Shown: piece after piece, positions 1 through 8,997 of the stretch
Layout: each line of letters opens with the position of its first letter
Numbering within the stretch: position 1 is the first letter of the stretch
Assembly: GCA_964657905.1 (NCBI GenBank)
Contig: CAZZXJ010000001.1
Coordinates: 1 to 40,583 of the forward strand
Length of the DNA: 40,583 bases
Reading direction: 5' to 3'
DNA from: an uncultured Stigonema sp.
GTDB lineage: Bacteria > Cyanobacteriota > Cyanobacteriia > Cyanobacteriales > Nostocaceae
The notes under the pieces: generated by a model
What the model was told of the DNA's origin: nothing
The model's input: the letters and a program-made list of their open reading frames with translations, nothing else
The model's database searches: none
Program-made: the position numbers and the translations under genes

Positions 1-517
1 TCCTAAATTAATTAATAATTAATTCATTAAGGGTACAAGCCCCCAACTTTGGATTATGAAAAACATCAGGGTCAATCCCCAAGTGGCATGAGCCACCATC
101 AAAGCCGTGGGACTGATGTTGTCGAAGGAACTTACTTGTGGTTCAATCATTTGTTCTTCGGTTTTTTTCTGGCTTTTTCCATTATGCGATCGCACGTCCC
201 CGACTAACCCAGGGAACAAATAGTGTTATTTTTTACATTAACTACGTAAAAGCGTGAGAGCGCTCGCTTTCTCTTCATCAGCCACGGCTAAAATTCGTTA
301 TTGCTACTGAGGTAGTTTGCAGTTCCCGGGGTGAAGCTAGAGAAAACAAGTGTTGCTAAAGATCATTATAAGTAATATGTCACACCGAGGATCTGGGCGT
401 CGGCAAGTAGAAAGGGTATTGATCCACTCCTCCAAGGAGAAAAAATCCTAGAGCATTTTAGTGGTTATAGCATCTAGTTAAACCAGAGATTAACTATTAA
501 TTGAGGTGATAATTTCA

Positions 518-1888
518 ATGTTTAGAGCTACCAAATTACAGTCTAGATCTACCTTAATAGTTGGATTGGTCTTGATGACTAATGCAGTTACACCTTTGGT
601 GATAGCGAAACCAACATTAGCTCAAACTACGTTTAGCGATGTTCAAGGCGACTGGTCCCAATCATGTATTAGACAACTAGCTGATCAAGGTATTATTAGT
701 GGCTACCCGGATGGGACTTTCCGACCTAATGCATCTGTGACCCGATCTGAGTTTTCAGCAATGCTTGGCAAAGCTTTCCCAAACGCACAAAAAACTCGCT
801 CTGCAGTTCAATTTGTAGATGTCCCCTCGAATTACTGGGCTTATACTGCGATTGAAACAGCTTCTCAAACGGGATTTTTATCAGGCTATCCTGGTAAAGT
901 CTTCCGTCCTAGCCAAAATATTCCTCGTGCTCAAGTGTTGGTGGCTTTAGCTAGTGGGTTAAATTATTATCCGACTCAGTCTGTGACTACGACATTGAAT
1001 GCTAATTTTGCCGATGCAAATACGATTCCCTCGTATGCCGATAATGGAATAGCCGCAGCAACTGAAAAACGTCTTGTGGTTGATTATCCCGATGTTAAGT
1101 ACCTCAATCCCAATCAATTAGCTAGTCGAGCTGAAGTGTCAGCTTTCTTATGTCAAGCTTTAACTGGTTCTGGGCAGGCTTCTGTGATTCCAGGGCAGTA
1201 TATTGCAGGTAATACTAGCTTTTCAACAGCGGCATTGCTTCCGTCTGGAACTGTCATTCCAGTCAAGTATCCTAATGCTAAGCGGATCATTGTTAGCCCT
1301 AAGGAAACTGCACCTTTGACATTAACAGTTACAACTAATGTCAAGAATAATCAGGGAAATGTAGTCATCCCTGCTGGTAGTCAACTTGTCGGTCAACTGC
1401 AACCAACAACTGGTGGCTCCCAGTTTGTTGCTAGTCAGTTGATTATTAATGGTCAGCAGTTTCCAATTAACGCCTCCTCTCAACCGATTACGACTACCAA
1501 AAATGTCCGGGATCCTAACTTCACTGCTATTCTAGAGGACGCTGCATTGGGGTCAGCCGCCGCCGCCGGAATTTCTGCAATCACGGGTAATAAACACATT
1601 ACGGCATTAAAAGTCTTGACTGGTACAGTTGTTGGTTCTGCTGTAGGAGCAAATCAGAATCGTAACGTTCTTTTGGCTGCGAGAGATGCAGCACTTGGAG
1701 CGGTAGCCGCAACGGGAATTTCTGGAATCACAGGTAATCGAACCATTTCCGCCAGCAAAGTCATCGCGGGCGCAGCCACTGGCGCAACAATTGGGGGTAT
1801 TGTTGATCGCAGCGCTCCTAATCAAGTGGTTGTGATTAATTCTAATGCTGACTTAAGGTTGAGGTTAAATACTGACTTCAACAGATAA
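518..1888 (+). CDS. Secreted S-layer-homology (SLH) domain protein with a C-terminal glycine-zipper tandem repeat
   Basis: The ORF track gives 506..1888 with a GTG start. The in-frame ATG at 518 follows GAGG (503-506) and is the preferred start. The N-terminus is signal-peptide-like (STLIVGLVLMTNAVTPLVIAKPTLAQ). Three SLH-type repeats follow: FSDVQGDW...GYPDGTFRPN..VTRSEF, FVDVPSNYWAY...GYPGKVFRP, and FADANTIPSYA...NPNQLASRAEV. The C-terminal part is Gly/Ala-rich with a 49-aa tandem duplication. Confidence 0.85.
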   Translation: MFRATKLQSRSTLIVGLVLMTNAVTPLVIAKPTLAQTTFSDVQGDWSQSCIRQLADQGIISGYPDGTFRPNASVTRSEFSAMLGKAFPNAQKTRSAVQFVDVPSNYWAYTAIETASQTGFLSGYPGKVFRPSQNIPRAQVLVALASGLNYYPTQSVTTTLNANFADANTIPSYADNGIAAATEKRLVVDYPDVKYLNPNQLASRAEVSAFLCQALTGSGQASVIPGQYIAGNTSFSTAALLPSGTVIPVKYPNAKRIIVSPKETAPLTLTVTTNVKNNQGNVVIPAGSQLVGQLQPTTGGSQFVASQLIINGQQFPINASSQPITTTKNVRDPNFTAILEDAALGSAAAAGISAITGNKHITALKVLTGTVVGSAVGANQNRNVLLAARDAALGAVAATGISGITGNRTISASKVIAGAATGATIGGIVDRSAPNQVVVINSNADLRLRLNTDFNR

Positions 1889-1981
1889 GCGGACTGGGCT
1901 GCAAGTCGCGGGTGGATTCGGACTAAAAGATGTCACGCGCCCCAAGGGGGCGAAGTCAAAAGTCAAACATTTTGCCCGATC

Positions 1982-2020
1982 AATAAATCGCGTAGCGCCG
2001 CGAGCGGAGCGTGGCGGTCT
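1982..2020. repeat. 39-nt direct repeat, copy 1 (aataaatcgcgtagcgccgcgagcggagcgtggcggtct)
   Basis: Matches the copy at 2092-2130 at 35/39 positions. Contains an internal GC-rich imperfect hairpin (cgccgcg...cgtggcg). Shares the core CGCCGCGAG with the hairpin element at 32807-32922. Confidence 0.8.
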
Positions 2021-2091
2021 GGGGCTTGTAATAAGGACGTAGTATTTCTTGCACTACGTGTCTCTATCGGACATATTTTTCATTTTCCATA

Positions 2092-2130
2092 AATAAATCG
2101 CGTAGCGCTGCGAGCGAAGCGCGGCAGTCT
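2092..2130. repeat. 39-nt direct repeat, copy 2 (aataaatcgcgtagcgctgcgagcgaagcgcggcagtct)
   Basis: Matches 1982-2020 at 35/39 positions, 110 nt downstream of copy 1. Intergenic. Confidence 0.8.
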
Positions 2131-2186
2131 AGTTGCTCTGATCATTAGACATCTCCAGAAATTAATTATAAGTTGTCTACAACCCT

Positions 2187-2216
2187 TGTAGAGACGCGAC
2201 TGATCGCGTCTCTACA
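2187..2216. repeat. Palindromic mini-repeat tgtagagacgcga-ctga-tcgcgtctctaca (13-bp perfect stem, 4-nt loop)
   Basis: Perfect inverted repeat read directly from the sequence. It shares its 10-nt outer arms (tgtagagacg / cgtctctaca) with the 30-nt palindrome inside the PKS gene at 12148-12177. Confidence 0.85.
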
Positions 2217-2253
2217 TGTTTTTCACCAGATATCTATTTAGGATTGCTATAAC

Positions 2254-2404
2254 TAGGTCGGCATAAATAAATATAACTATGTAACAGAATGTAAAGTCAT
2301 TCAAAACCCTTGCGATTGCTACCCTTCGGGAAGCCTCCTTCGGAGTCTACGCTCCACTTCGTTTCGCTCGCAATGACATAGTTTGGTTTTTTCGCGCCGA
2401 CCTA
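2254..2404. repeat. About 150-bp MITE-like element bounded by a 9-bp inverted repeat (taggtcggc ... gccgaccta)
   Basis: Termini at 2254-2262 and 2396-2404 are perfect reverse complements. The interior segments caaaacccttgcgattgctacc and ccacttcgtttcgctcgc recur, reverse-complemented, in the element at 32807-32922 (ggtagcaattgcaagggttt, gcgagtgaaacgaagtga). Confidence 0.5.
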
Positions 2405-2510
2405 CTTAGAGTGTCATCTCTATTCATTGTCTTCTCCTGTTAGTTCATTAGTTTTACATGACAAAACTCAGGGGTCGGCTTCTCGTCTACACCCTGCATG
2501 ACAGTACATA

Positions 2511-2837
2511 TCACGCTTCTATTGGTTCGAGATGTCCCGATCCTGCTAGTGTTTGGAGGTCAATATCTGCTACTGCTCGAACTTTCTCGTAATTAAGCGT
2601 TAAGTTTCCAACTAGGTGAACCTTTCCCGCTTGATGCTCGAAGTCAGCTTCGTTAAGATTGGAAGCCTCTGGATCGAGTTTTACCCCCAATTCAGTGCCA
2701 CCCTTTGTGTTTGTGAATTTAATATGTACGTACCCTCGGTCAATACTCTCTTTGAGTGCTGCTACAGTTTTTTCTGGTCTTAAGCTGGCTTCAACCGGGT
2801 GATTTCCTTGGGATAATCGTTGCACTAACTCGTTCAT
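2511..2837 (-). CDS. Hypothetical protein (108 aa), function unknown
   Basis: Clean ATG-initiated ORF, co-oriented with and downstream of the NRPS operon. Composition is non-repetitive and protein-like (GYVHIKFTNTKGGTELGVKLDPEASNLNEADFEHQAGKVHLVGNLTLNYEK). I recognise no motif, and it lacks the MbtH signature. Confidence 0.6.
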   Translation of the reverse strand: MNELVQRLSQGNHPVEASLRPEKTVAALKESIDRGYVHIKFTNTKGGTELGVKLDPEASNLNEADFEHQAGKVHLVGNLTLNYEKVRAVADIDLQTLAGSGHLEPIEA

Positions 2838-2889
2838 GGCGGTTTCTGCTTTTTCTTTTCTTCAATTCAATTGCGGCGATTTGGCGTTG

Positions 2890-3195
2890 TCAAGACTTGG
2901 CGACAGGTTCGTAAACTGGAATTTCAAACAAGAGCGTGTTTGTACAAAAGTCTTTCCATTCAGGAGTCACGTTATCAAAAATGATGTTTTCATCTTTGAA
3001 AATGCCATCTGTGACAACATAGTTTTCTTGGAGATAGAAAATGTCATCATCGGTTAAATCCCGATTTACTTCAACTTCCTTGCCATCAACCTGTTTGTTC
3101 TCTTTTTTAACGTTTTCAATCCTCTCAGTCCACTGACTGAACTGACGTAAATTCTTGAGCAAGTAAGCTTTACAGTATTTTCCCATTGTTGCCAT
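2890..3195 (-). CDS. Hypothetical protein (101 aa), function unknown
   Basis: ATG-initiated ORF 88 nt downstream of the last megasynthase gene, on the same strand. It is acidic and Lys-rich (MATMGKYCKAYLLKNLRQFSQW...). An alternative start is the ATG at 3186. No recognisable catalytic motif. Confidence 0.55.
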   Translation of the reverse strand: MATMGKYCKAYLLKNLRQFSQWTERIENVKKENKQVDGKEVEVNRDLTDDDIFYLQENYVVTDGIFKDENIIFDNVTPEWKDFCTNTLLFEIPVYEPVAKS

Positions 3196-3283
3196 AGTGA
3201 TACCAACAGTAAAGTTATAGTAAATGAATAGGGTGTTCTTTCATCCTTTCTTGTCAGCGCCAGATCGTGAGCGTCTAACACTT

Positions 3284-6200
3284 TTAGTAGTGTAAATTGG
3301 ATAACTGCTGTTGTGGATTAGCGACAATATTTTCCAACAAAAGCTGGAAATTTCCCGCCATTCGGTCAATAGTAGTGGCATCAAACAAATCCTTACTGTA
3401 GCTCCACGCCAGATGGAGCAACCCTTTTTGTTGGCTAACAATCACGAATAAATCAAAACTTAACCCAATCCTACCGTACATAAATTGGCTCTCGACTTCT
3501 AGTCCTGGTACTTTAACTTCATTGTCGTCTAAATTACTGAAATCACTAATCATGTTAAACCATACCTGTAATATTGGCTTCTGTATCAAATCCCACTCTA
3601 GCTCTTCTAACAGCTTTGAAAATGGTAGTTCCTGGTGTGTATAAGCTGAGTTCGTCACCTGTTGCAACTGACTCGACAACTCTTTAAATGTCGAGTTTAA
3701 AGAAAGCTCAGTACGTATGATCAGCGTATTAGAAAAGAAGCCTATTAACCCTTCAAGCTCTGTGCGACTACGACTAGCAACAGGCACAGTTACTAGAATG
3801 TCAGGCTGTTCAGTATAATGGTATAGTAAAGTCTTCAATGCTGCCAGTAAAATCACAAACAACGTCACTCCTTCCCTTTTGGAAAGCGCCTTCAGCTTTT
3901 GTGTGAGGACATTGGGCAGTATGCAAATCTGTGTGCCAATCTGGAAGGACGGAACTGGTGGTCTGGGTCTGTCTGCTGGTAAGTTCAGCATAGTTAGATT
4001 GCCACCTAGCTGCTGCTTCCAATATGCCACCTGTTTCTCCAGTAATGCCCGCATCTGCTCGCGCTGCCAAATGGCAAAGTCAGCGTATTGAATGGGCAGT
4101 TCCTGTAGAGGTGAGGGCAAGCCCGTGGAGAAGGACTTATAGAGTATCATTAACTCTCTCATGAATATATTCATAGACCACCCATCTAAGATAATGTGGT
4201 GTATGTTCACTAGCAGCACAGACTTCTCATCTTGGAGCCGTAATAAAGTAAATCGCACCAACGGGTCGCAGGCTAGATCAAAGGAACGCTCGGATTCCTC
4301 TGTAGCCAGCCGCTGTGCTTCTTTGTCCCGCGCCTGATTTGGAAGCTCATGGAGATCCACCACTGGCAATTTCATATTGAGGTTGTGGGTAATAATCTGC
4401 ACAAGGCTACCATCCACCTCAGCAAAGTTTGTCCGCAATGATTCGTGACGTTGAACAATCTCGTTAAGGCTGTGGTTTAGGGACTTAACATTGAGGCAGC
4501 CGGTGAAGTGTATGCAAAAAGAAAGTATTAAAAAGCTACTATGTGGTAGAAACTGGTTTGCTCCCCAGGCCGACTCTTGTGTAAAAGACAGAGGTAAGTT
4601 TCTATCTCGTGAAACCGGAACAAGCGGTAAGTTAGTTTCCTTGCCGATCGCTGTAATAAGTGCGCCCCCCTCTTCTGCTGTAGTTCGCAGTGCCTCAAGG
4701 TTATCAGCTAAGTCAGCTACAGTAGGAGACGCAAATAAACGCTGTAAAGACAACTCAACAGAGAAAGCGTCGCGCAAGCGAGAAATTAATTGACTAGCCA
4801 GAAGGGAGTTTCCCCCCAGTTCAAAAAAGTTGTCATGTATGCTTATTTGCGGTGTGCCTAAAACTTGCTGCCAAATTTGCGCAATTTTTCGTTCTACCTG
4901 GTTGCGAGGTGCTACGTACTCCCCTGCTTCGTGACGAATAAACCGTCGCACCAATTCGTCTCGATCAATTGCGCCGCTTAAGGTGAGGGGCATTTCTAAT
5001 AGCTGTACTAAGTTGCAGGTACTGTGAGTTCCAAAGCGGTCTTGCACCCGACAGTCTGCTAATTTAACAACGGAAGAACTGCTATTAGCAGTGAAATAGG
5101 CAGTTAATTTCTGCAAACCAAGAGCTTCGGACTCCAAACGTCGAATGTTTTGGTTGTTGCCATCTAAACCTATCAATAAGTACGCTTGGTCATGGTTTAA
5201 CCCTGCAAGCATTGAAGATAGCCCTTGGGAGGAGGCCATGGCATAGTAACCTTTGGCGCGGGTTAGATTCTTCATCTGATACCCTTGACTCATCCCTGTC
5301 TCATCCCACATACTCCAAGCAAAACAATAGCTGCGTAATGCACTGTTGTCTTTTTGGTAATGGGAAAAGCGATCAAGAAAACTATTGGCAGCAGCATAAG
5401 CGCCTACAGCCTTGCCTCCAAAGAAACCGTTTACGGAAGAAAAGTTGATAAAAATGCTGTCTGCATTGTCTTTGATCAGTTGATGCAGCATCCAAGTACC
5501 CAACATCTTGGGACGCAGCACTGCTGCTAAGTTCTCCTGGGTTTCTTCAACCACATGTTGCTCGTGGAATGTTCCAGCTAGATGGATTACCCCATCTAGA
5601 TCTTTGCCCCATCGGAATTTAGCTTTTTCGACGATTGTCAGCAACTGTTCCAAGTCACAGATATCAGCGGCAGAGTAAATGACTTCTCCCCCAAGCATCT
5701 GTAGTTCTTCGTAAGCTTTAATCCGCTGCGAAATAGCATCTCCTGCCTCTAGATGGGCATTCCAGGTTCTTTTTTCCGGTAAAGGAGTTCTTCCTACCAA
5801 CAGTAGCCGAGCTTGGTAATATTTCAGCAGATACTGGGCAATTTGGATACCCACACCTCCCAGTCCTCCGCTGAGGAGATAAATTCCTCTTTGCTTGAAG
5901 GGTATTTCTTGCTTTGGTTCGTGCAGATTCACTTTTTCCAAACGCGGAACAAAACGCTGCCCATTCCTGATGGCTATCTCTGGTTCTTTTGTCGGGACGA
6001 GGAGTTCTTGTAAAATATAAGCCCCATTTGTTTCAACTAGATCAAACGGCAAATCGATGTGGCGACAGTTCAACGAGGGCAGTTCTTGGGGAATGGTTTT
6101 CAGCAGCCCCAAGACTGTGGATTTTTCATAAGCTATCGGGTCAGTTGACAAAACGGACTGGATATGGGAGGAAATGAATAGCAACTGAACACCATGCTCA

Positions 6201-8968
6201 GAACCCAGAACTTTGGCTGTTGCTTGAACTAAGAACAATAAACTGTATATTCCTTGTTCTTGCGCTTGTTCGAGAGCATCAAGGCTTTTGACGCTAATAT
6301 ACTGGTCGTAAGTCCAGAGGTGAAGAATCTGCCCAATCACAATGTTATCTGCTGCCAGAGATTCGAGCAAGATTTGATAATGGTCTGCTTTACCGGGAGC
6401 GATTGTATAGCGATCGCGACTGATTTGAAGAAAATCCGCTCCGCAACAGACACTTACGTAGGGCAGATTATGCTCTGAGAGTATTTGACATAAATATGCT
6501 CCCAATCCGCAAGGGTCGAGAAATATTAGAGTGGAATTTCTTAAAGGCAGAGAATAATTATTAAAAGTAACTGTGCCTTTTGGCTGCCAAACTTGACGGT
6601 AGAACCAGTCAGGAATGGTATTGGCATTGCCCAGTAATATATCAATCCGTTTAAGAATTGCTTGAAACTCTCCTGCCAAAAAGCGTTGGCTCAGTTGAGT
6701 ACGCTGGATTTTGCCAATGGCTGTTTTGGGAATAATTTCCTTATCTACTGGAATTAAATAATCTGGATTTACTCCCACGCTGTTAACTACACAAGTGCGA
6801 ATTTCCTTCAGGAGATTCACCAAACTGCCATCGTCCGAAAAAGAAGTATTGAAAAAGATAGCTAATTTATCAGTATTAATTCTAGGTTCTCTGACTGCAC
6901 AGGCAGCTGTATAAGAGACTTCTACCCCTTCAACTTCTTCAACGGCGGCTTCGATTTCGTGGCAGTAGTAGTTAAGTCCATTGATGATAATTACATCTTT
7001 CTGCCGCCCGGTAATAGTTAAACATCCTTGACGAAGAAATCCTAAATCTCCCGTGTTAAACCAGCCATCAGATGTAAAAGCTTCTTGGTTAGCTTGGGAA
7101 TTTTGGTAGTAACCAGAAGTGACGGAAGCACCTTTTACCTGCACCCTGCCAATTGTCTCGGACTCAACGACTTGGTTTTGGGTATCTACAATCCGCACGG
7201 CAAATCCGGGAATAGGCGATCCCACTTCTACAAATTTTTGTTCATCTGTAGTTGAGTTCAACAAAAAACTGTCAGAAAAGGTAACTCCTGAAGATGTCTC
7301 AGACATTCCCCATGAAGGGTGCATTGCCGTGGTAGGCAGTTGATATGATTCCAGTAACAGCAAAAATCTTCTTGCTGTTTTAGCAACGATAGCTTCACCT
7401 CCATTGAGGATGAATCGCATTGAAGATAAATCCCATGTGGGAGTGGACTGGGTTTTTAGCTTTTCTAGTTGCTCATTGATCAGACCATAGGCAAAATTCG
7501 GTGCCCAGGTAATCGTGGCTCGATAACGGGAAATCCAATCTAACCATCTTGTCGGTTCCTGCAAAACTAATTCTGTGGGAGCATGGATTTGCTGGCAACC
7601 TAGATAAACATCCCGGACATGGAACATGATGATTCCCCCAACATGGTCGAGGGGAAACCAATTTAAAGAGACATCCTCTTGTGTAAAACTGTTCATCGCA
7701 ACCGTACCAGCACAACGTCCGATCAAACTGCTGTGACTCTGCATTACAGCTTTAGGCGTACCTGTGCTTCCAGAAGTCAAAAGTAAAATCGCCAAATCCT
7801 CTGGCTGGCTGCTATGCCAGTTTAGATCCGGTTCGCAGTCGCGCAGCTGATCAATAGTTTCAACTTGAAAGTTTTCTAAATGCAAAAGCCTTGACAAACC
7901 ACAAATCTTAGGATAGTAAGAAGCGTCTGTCAGCACAAGGGGTTTCCCCAGCATCTGCCAAGTATTCTGAAGTTTGCGGGTAGTACTGTTGATTTGCTCT
8001 TCGGTTGGAGCGATTGCTATTGGCACCGGCACAAAGCCCCCCAGCACGCAGCCCCAAAAAGCTGGGATGAAATCTTGATTGTGTTCTAGTTGAAAAATTA
8101 CTTTGTCTTGGGGCTTGAGTCCTAGCTTTTTCAACCCTGCTAAAATTCTTTGTGCATCCTGCCACAATTGCTGATACGATTGAATTTTCTCGCTGCCATC
8201 CGACCGAATGTATACGATACCTTTAGTTGACTGTTGCGCGGCGAGTTGGAGTACCTCCCCTAAAGTTTTTGGAGCGTCTTGGGGGTAGTGCAGGGGTTCT
8301 CCGTAAGTGATGGCTAGCTTTTTTGCCTCTGGCGTTGGCGTAGCCCCCGGCAGGCATCGCTGATTTTCTATTTTCTCGGTGGGTGTGGTTGCTTGTGCCT
8401 GAGGCTGGCTATCTTCAACTGTGATCGCTTGAGTGTGGCTGAGCAAATCCTCTAAATGGAGAGGGGGGATACTCTTTACCAGTTGCTCAACTACCACCGC
8501 CACCCGATCAACTTCTGACAATGACTGTAGTTCCTGTTCTATACGTTGCATCAAGTCAGAGTCAATCACTTCTAAACTGGTTAGAGTGGCTGAGTCCACC
8601 TGTCCTGTATCTGTTAGGGGTATGGTGGAAACTGGCACGTAAGCTTTTGGCTGCAAAGCTTTTGGCACAATCCCTTGCCATTGGGATTGGATTTGGGCTG
8701 GGGATACAGGCAGACTGGAGACAATGTAAGCAACTAATTCGGGTTGACAGGTTGCCGTTTCCCTCACTAATACAGCACAGTCAGTAAGGGTTGGCTCCTG
8801 CAACAGCAGCAAGCTTACTTGGTGTGCAAGCTGTTGTAGATACTGTTGTATCTCCTTTTCCTCGATTGTCTCTGCTGGTTGTTCTTTTCGCTGAGCTAAG
8901 TGTTGTCGCAGTTGTTCTCTTTCGAGACTATTCACTGCTTGCATTTCCCAAAACCGATTTGAATTCAT
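3284..8968 (-). CDS. NRPS-like megasynthase: vestigial A_sub, FAAL-like acyl-AMP ligase (AL), KR, T, C-terminal condensation domain
   Basis: 1894 aa. Approximate domain map from manual motif reading follows. Vestigial A_sub: aa 33-130, nt 8579-8872 (LVAYIVSS, PLTDTGQVD with no Lys). AL: aa 222-765, nt 6674-8305 (FIPAFWGCVLGGFVPVPI, LLLTSGSTGTPKAV, TWAPNFAY, WGMSETS, GWFNTGDLGF..GRQKDVIIINGLNYY, IPKTAIGKIQR). KR: aa 775-1290, nt 5099-6646 (GIYLLSGGLGGVG, VIHLAG, YAAANSFLD). Second A10-like remnant: nt 4949-5041 (VQLLEMPLTLSGAIDRDEL). T: nt 4694-4915 (FFELGGNSL). C: nt 3299-4606 (HHIILDGWS). The protein ends at the C-A linker (ANPQQQLSNLHY). Confidence 0.9.
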   Translation of the reverse strand: MNSNRFWEMQAVNSLEREQLRQHLAQRKEQPAETIEEKEIQQYLQQLAHQVSLLLLQEPTLTDCAVLVRETATCQPELVAYIVSSLPVSPAQIQSQWQGIVPKALQPKAYVPVSTIPLTDTGQVDSATLTSLEVIDSDLMQRIEQELQSLSEVDRVAVVVEQLVKSIPPLHLEDLLSHTQAITVEDSQPQAQATTPTEKIENQRCLPGATPTPEAKKLAITYGEPLHYPQDAPKTLGEVLQLAAQQSTKGIVYIRSDGSEKIQSYQQLWQDAQRILAGLKKLGLKPQDKVIFQLEHNQDFIPAFWGCVLGGFVPVPIAIAPTEEQINSTTRKLQNTWQMLGKPLVLTDASYYPKICGLSRLLHLENFQVETIDQLRDCEPDLNWHSSQPEDLAILLLTSGSTGTPKAVMQSHSSLIGRCAGTVAMNSFTQEDVSLNWFPLDHVGGIIMFHVRDVYLGCQQIHAPTELVLQEPTRWLDWISRYRATITWAPNFAYGLINEQLEKLKTQSTPTWDLSSMRFILNGGEAIVAKTARRFLLLLESYQLPTTAMHPSWGMSETSSGVTFSDSFLLNSTTDEQKFVEVGSPIPGFAVRIVDTQNQVVESETIGRVQVKGASVTSGYYQNSQANQEAFTSDGWFNTGDLGFLRQGCLTITGRQKDVIIINGLNYYCHEIEAAVEEVEGVEVSYTAACAVREPRINTDKLAIFFNTSFSDDGSLVNLLKEIRTCVVNSVGVNPDYLIPVDKEIIPKTAIGKIQRTQLSQRFLAGEFQAILKRIDILLGNANTIPDWFYRQVWQPKGTVTFNNYSLPLRNSTLIFLDPCGLGAYLCQILSEHNLPYVSVCCGADFLQISRDRYTIAPGKADHYQILLESLAADNIVIGQILHLWTYDQYISVKSLDALEQAQEQGIYSLLFLVQATAKVLGSEHGVQLLFISSHIQSVLSTDPIAYEKSTVLGLLKTIPQELPSLNCRHIDLPFDLVETNGAYILQELLVPTKEPEIAIRNGQRFVPRLEKVNLHEPKQEIPFKQRGIYLLSGGLGGVGIQIAQYLLKYYQARLLLVGRTPLPEKRTWNAHLEAGDAISQRIKAYEELQMLGGEVIYSAADICDLEQLLTIVEKAKFRWGKDLDGVIHLAGTFHEQHVVEETQENLAAVLRPKMLGTWMLHQLIKDNADSIFINFSSVNGFFGGKAVGAYAAANSFLDRFSHYQKDNSALRSYCFAWSMWDETGMSQGYQMKNLTRAKGYYAMASSQGLSSMLAGLNHDQAYLLIGLDGNNQNIRRLESEALGLQKLTAYFTANSSSSVVKLADCRVQDRFGTHSTCNLVQLLEMPLTLSGAIDRDELVRRFIRHEAGEYVAPRNQVERKIAQIWQQVLGTPQISIHDNFFELGGNSLLASQLISRLRDAFSVELSLQRLFASPTVADLADNLEALRTTAEEGGALITAIGKETNLPLVPVSRDRNLPLSFTQESAWGANQFLPHSSFLILSFCIHFTGCLNVKSLNHSLNEIVQRHESLRTNFAEVDGSLVQIITHNLNMKLPVVDLHELPNQARDKEAQRLATEESERSFDLACDPLVRFTLLRLQDEKSVLLVNIHHIILDGWSMNIFMRELMILYKSFSTGLPSPLQELPIQYADFAIWQREQMRALLEKQVAYWKQQLGGNLTMLNLPADRPRPPVPSFQIGTQICILPNVLTQKLKALSKREGVTLFVILLAALKTLLYHYTEQPDILVTVPVASRSRTELEGLIGFFSNTLIIRTELSLNSTFKELSSQLQQVTNSAYTHQELPFSKLLEELEWDLIQKPILQVWFNMISDFSNLDDNEVKVPGLEVESQFMYGRIGLSFDLFVIVSQQKGLLHLAWSYSKDLFDATTIDRMAGNFQLLLENIVANPQQQLSNLHY
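5099..8305 (-). other. AL-KR cassette, copy 3 (FAAL-like ligase plus PKS-type ketoreductase)
   Basis: See the motifs listed for CDS 3284..8968. The cassette is bracketed by Lys-less A10-like segments at nt ~8579-8872 and 4949-5041. Confidence 0.8.
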
Positions 8969-8997
8969 TGTCTGTTTCTCACTAATCTAGTGTTGTA

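Noticed and set aside
19-219. 66-aa minus-strand ORF at the window start
   Set aside because: It has a TTG start, no ribosome-binding site and no recognisable motif, and it ends in AT-rich sequence. A weak resemblance of ISPTALMVAHA to methyltransferase N-termini is not enough to call a gene or pseudogene.
1938-1952. Hairpin cgcccc-aag-ggggcg as an intrinsic terminator of the SLH gene
   Set aside because: The stem is short (6 bp), there is no downstream U-tract, and it appears to be part of the local repeat cluster.
1982-2130. Possible CRISPR array suggested by the two 39-nt direct repeats
   Set aside because: There are only two copies, they are imperfect (35/39), there are no cas genes, and the repeat belongs to a dispersed family sharing CGCCGCGAG with other elements in the window.
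2511-3195. Whether either small ORF is an MbtH-like protein for the A domains
   Set aside because: Neither sequence contains the MbtH signature (conserved Trp/Pro pattern such as SLWP). No MbtH-like gene is present in the window.
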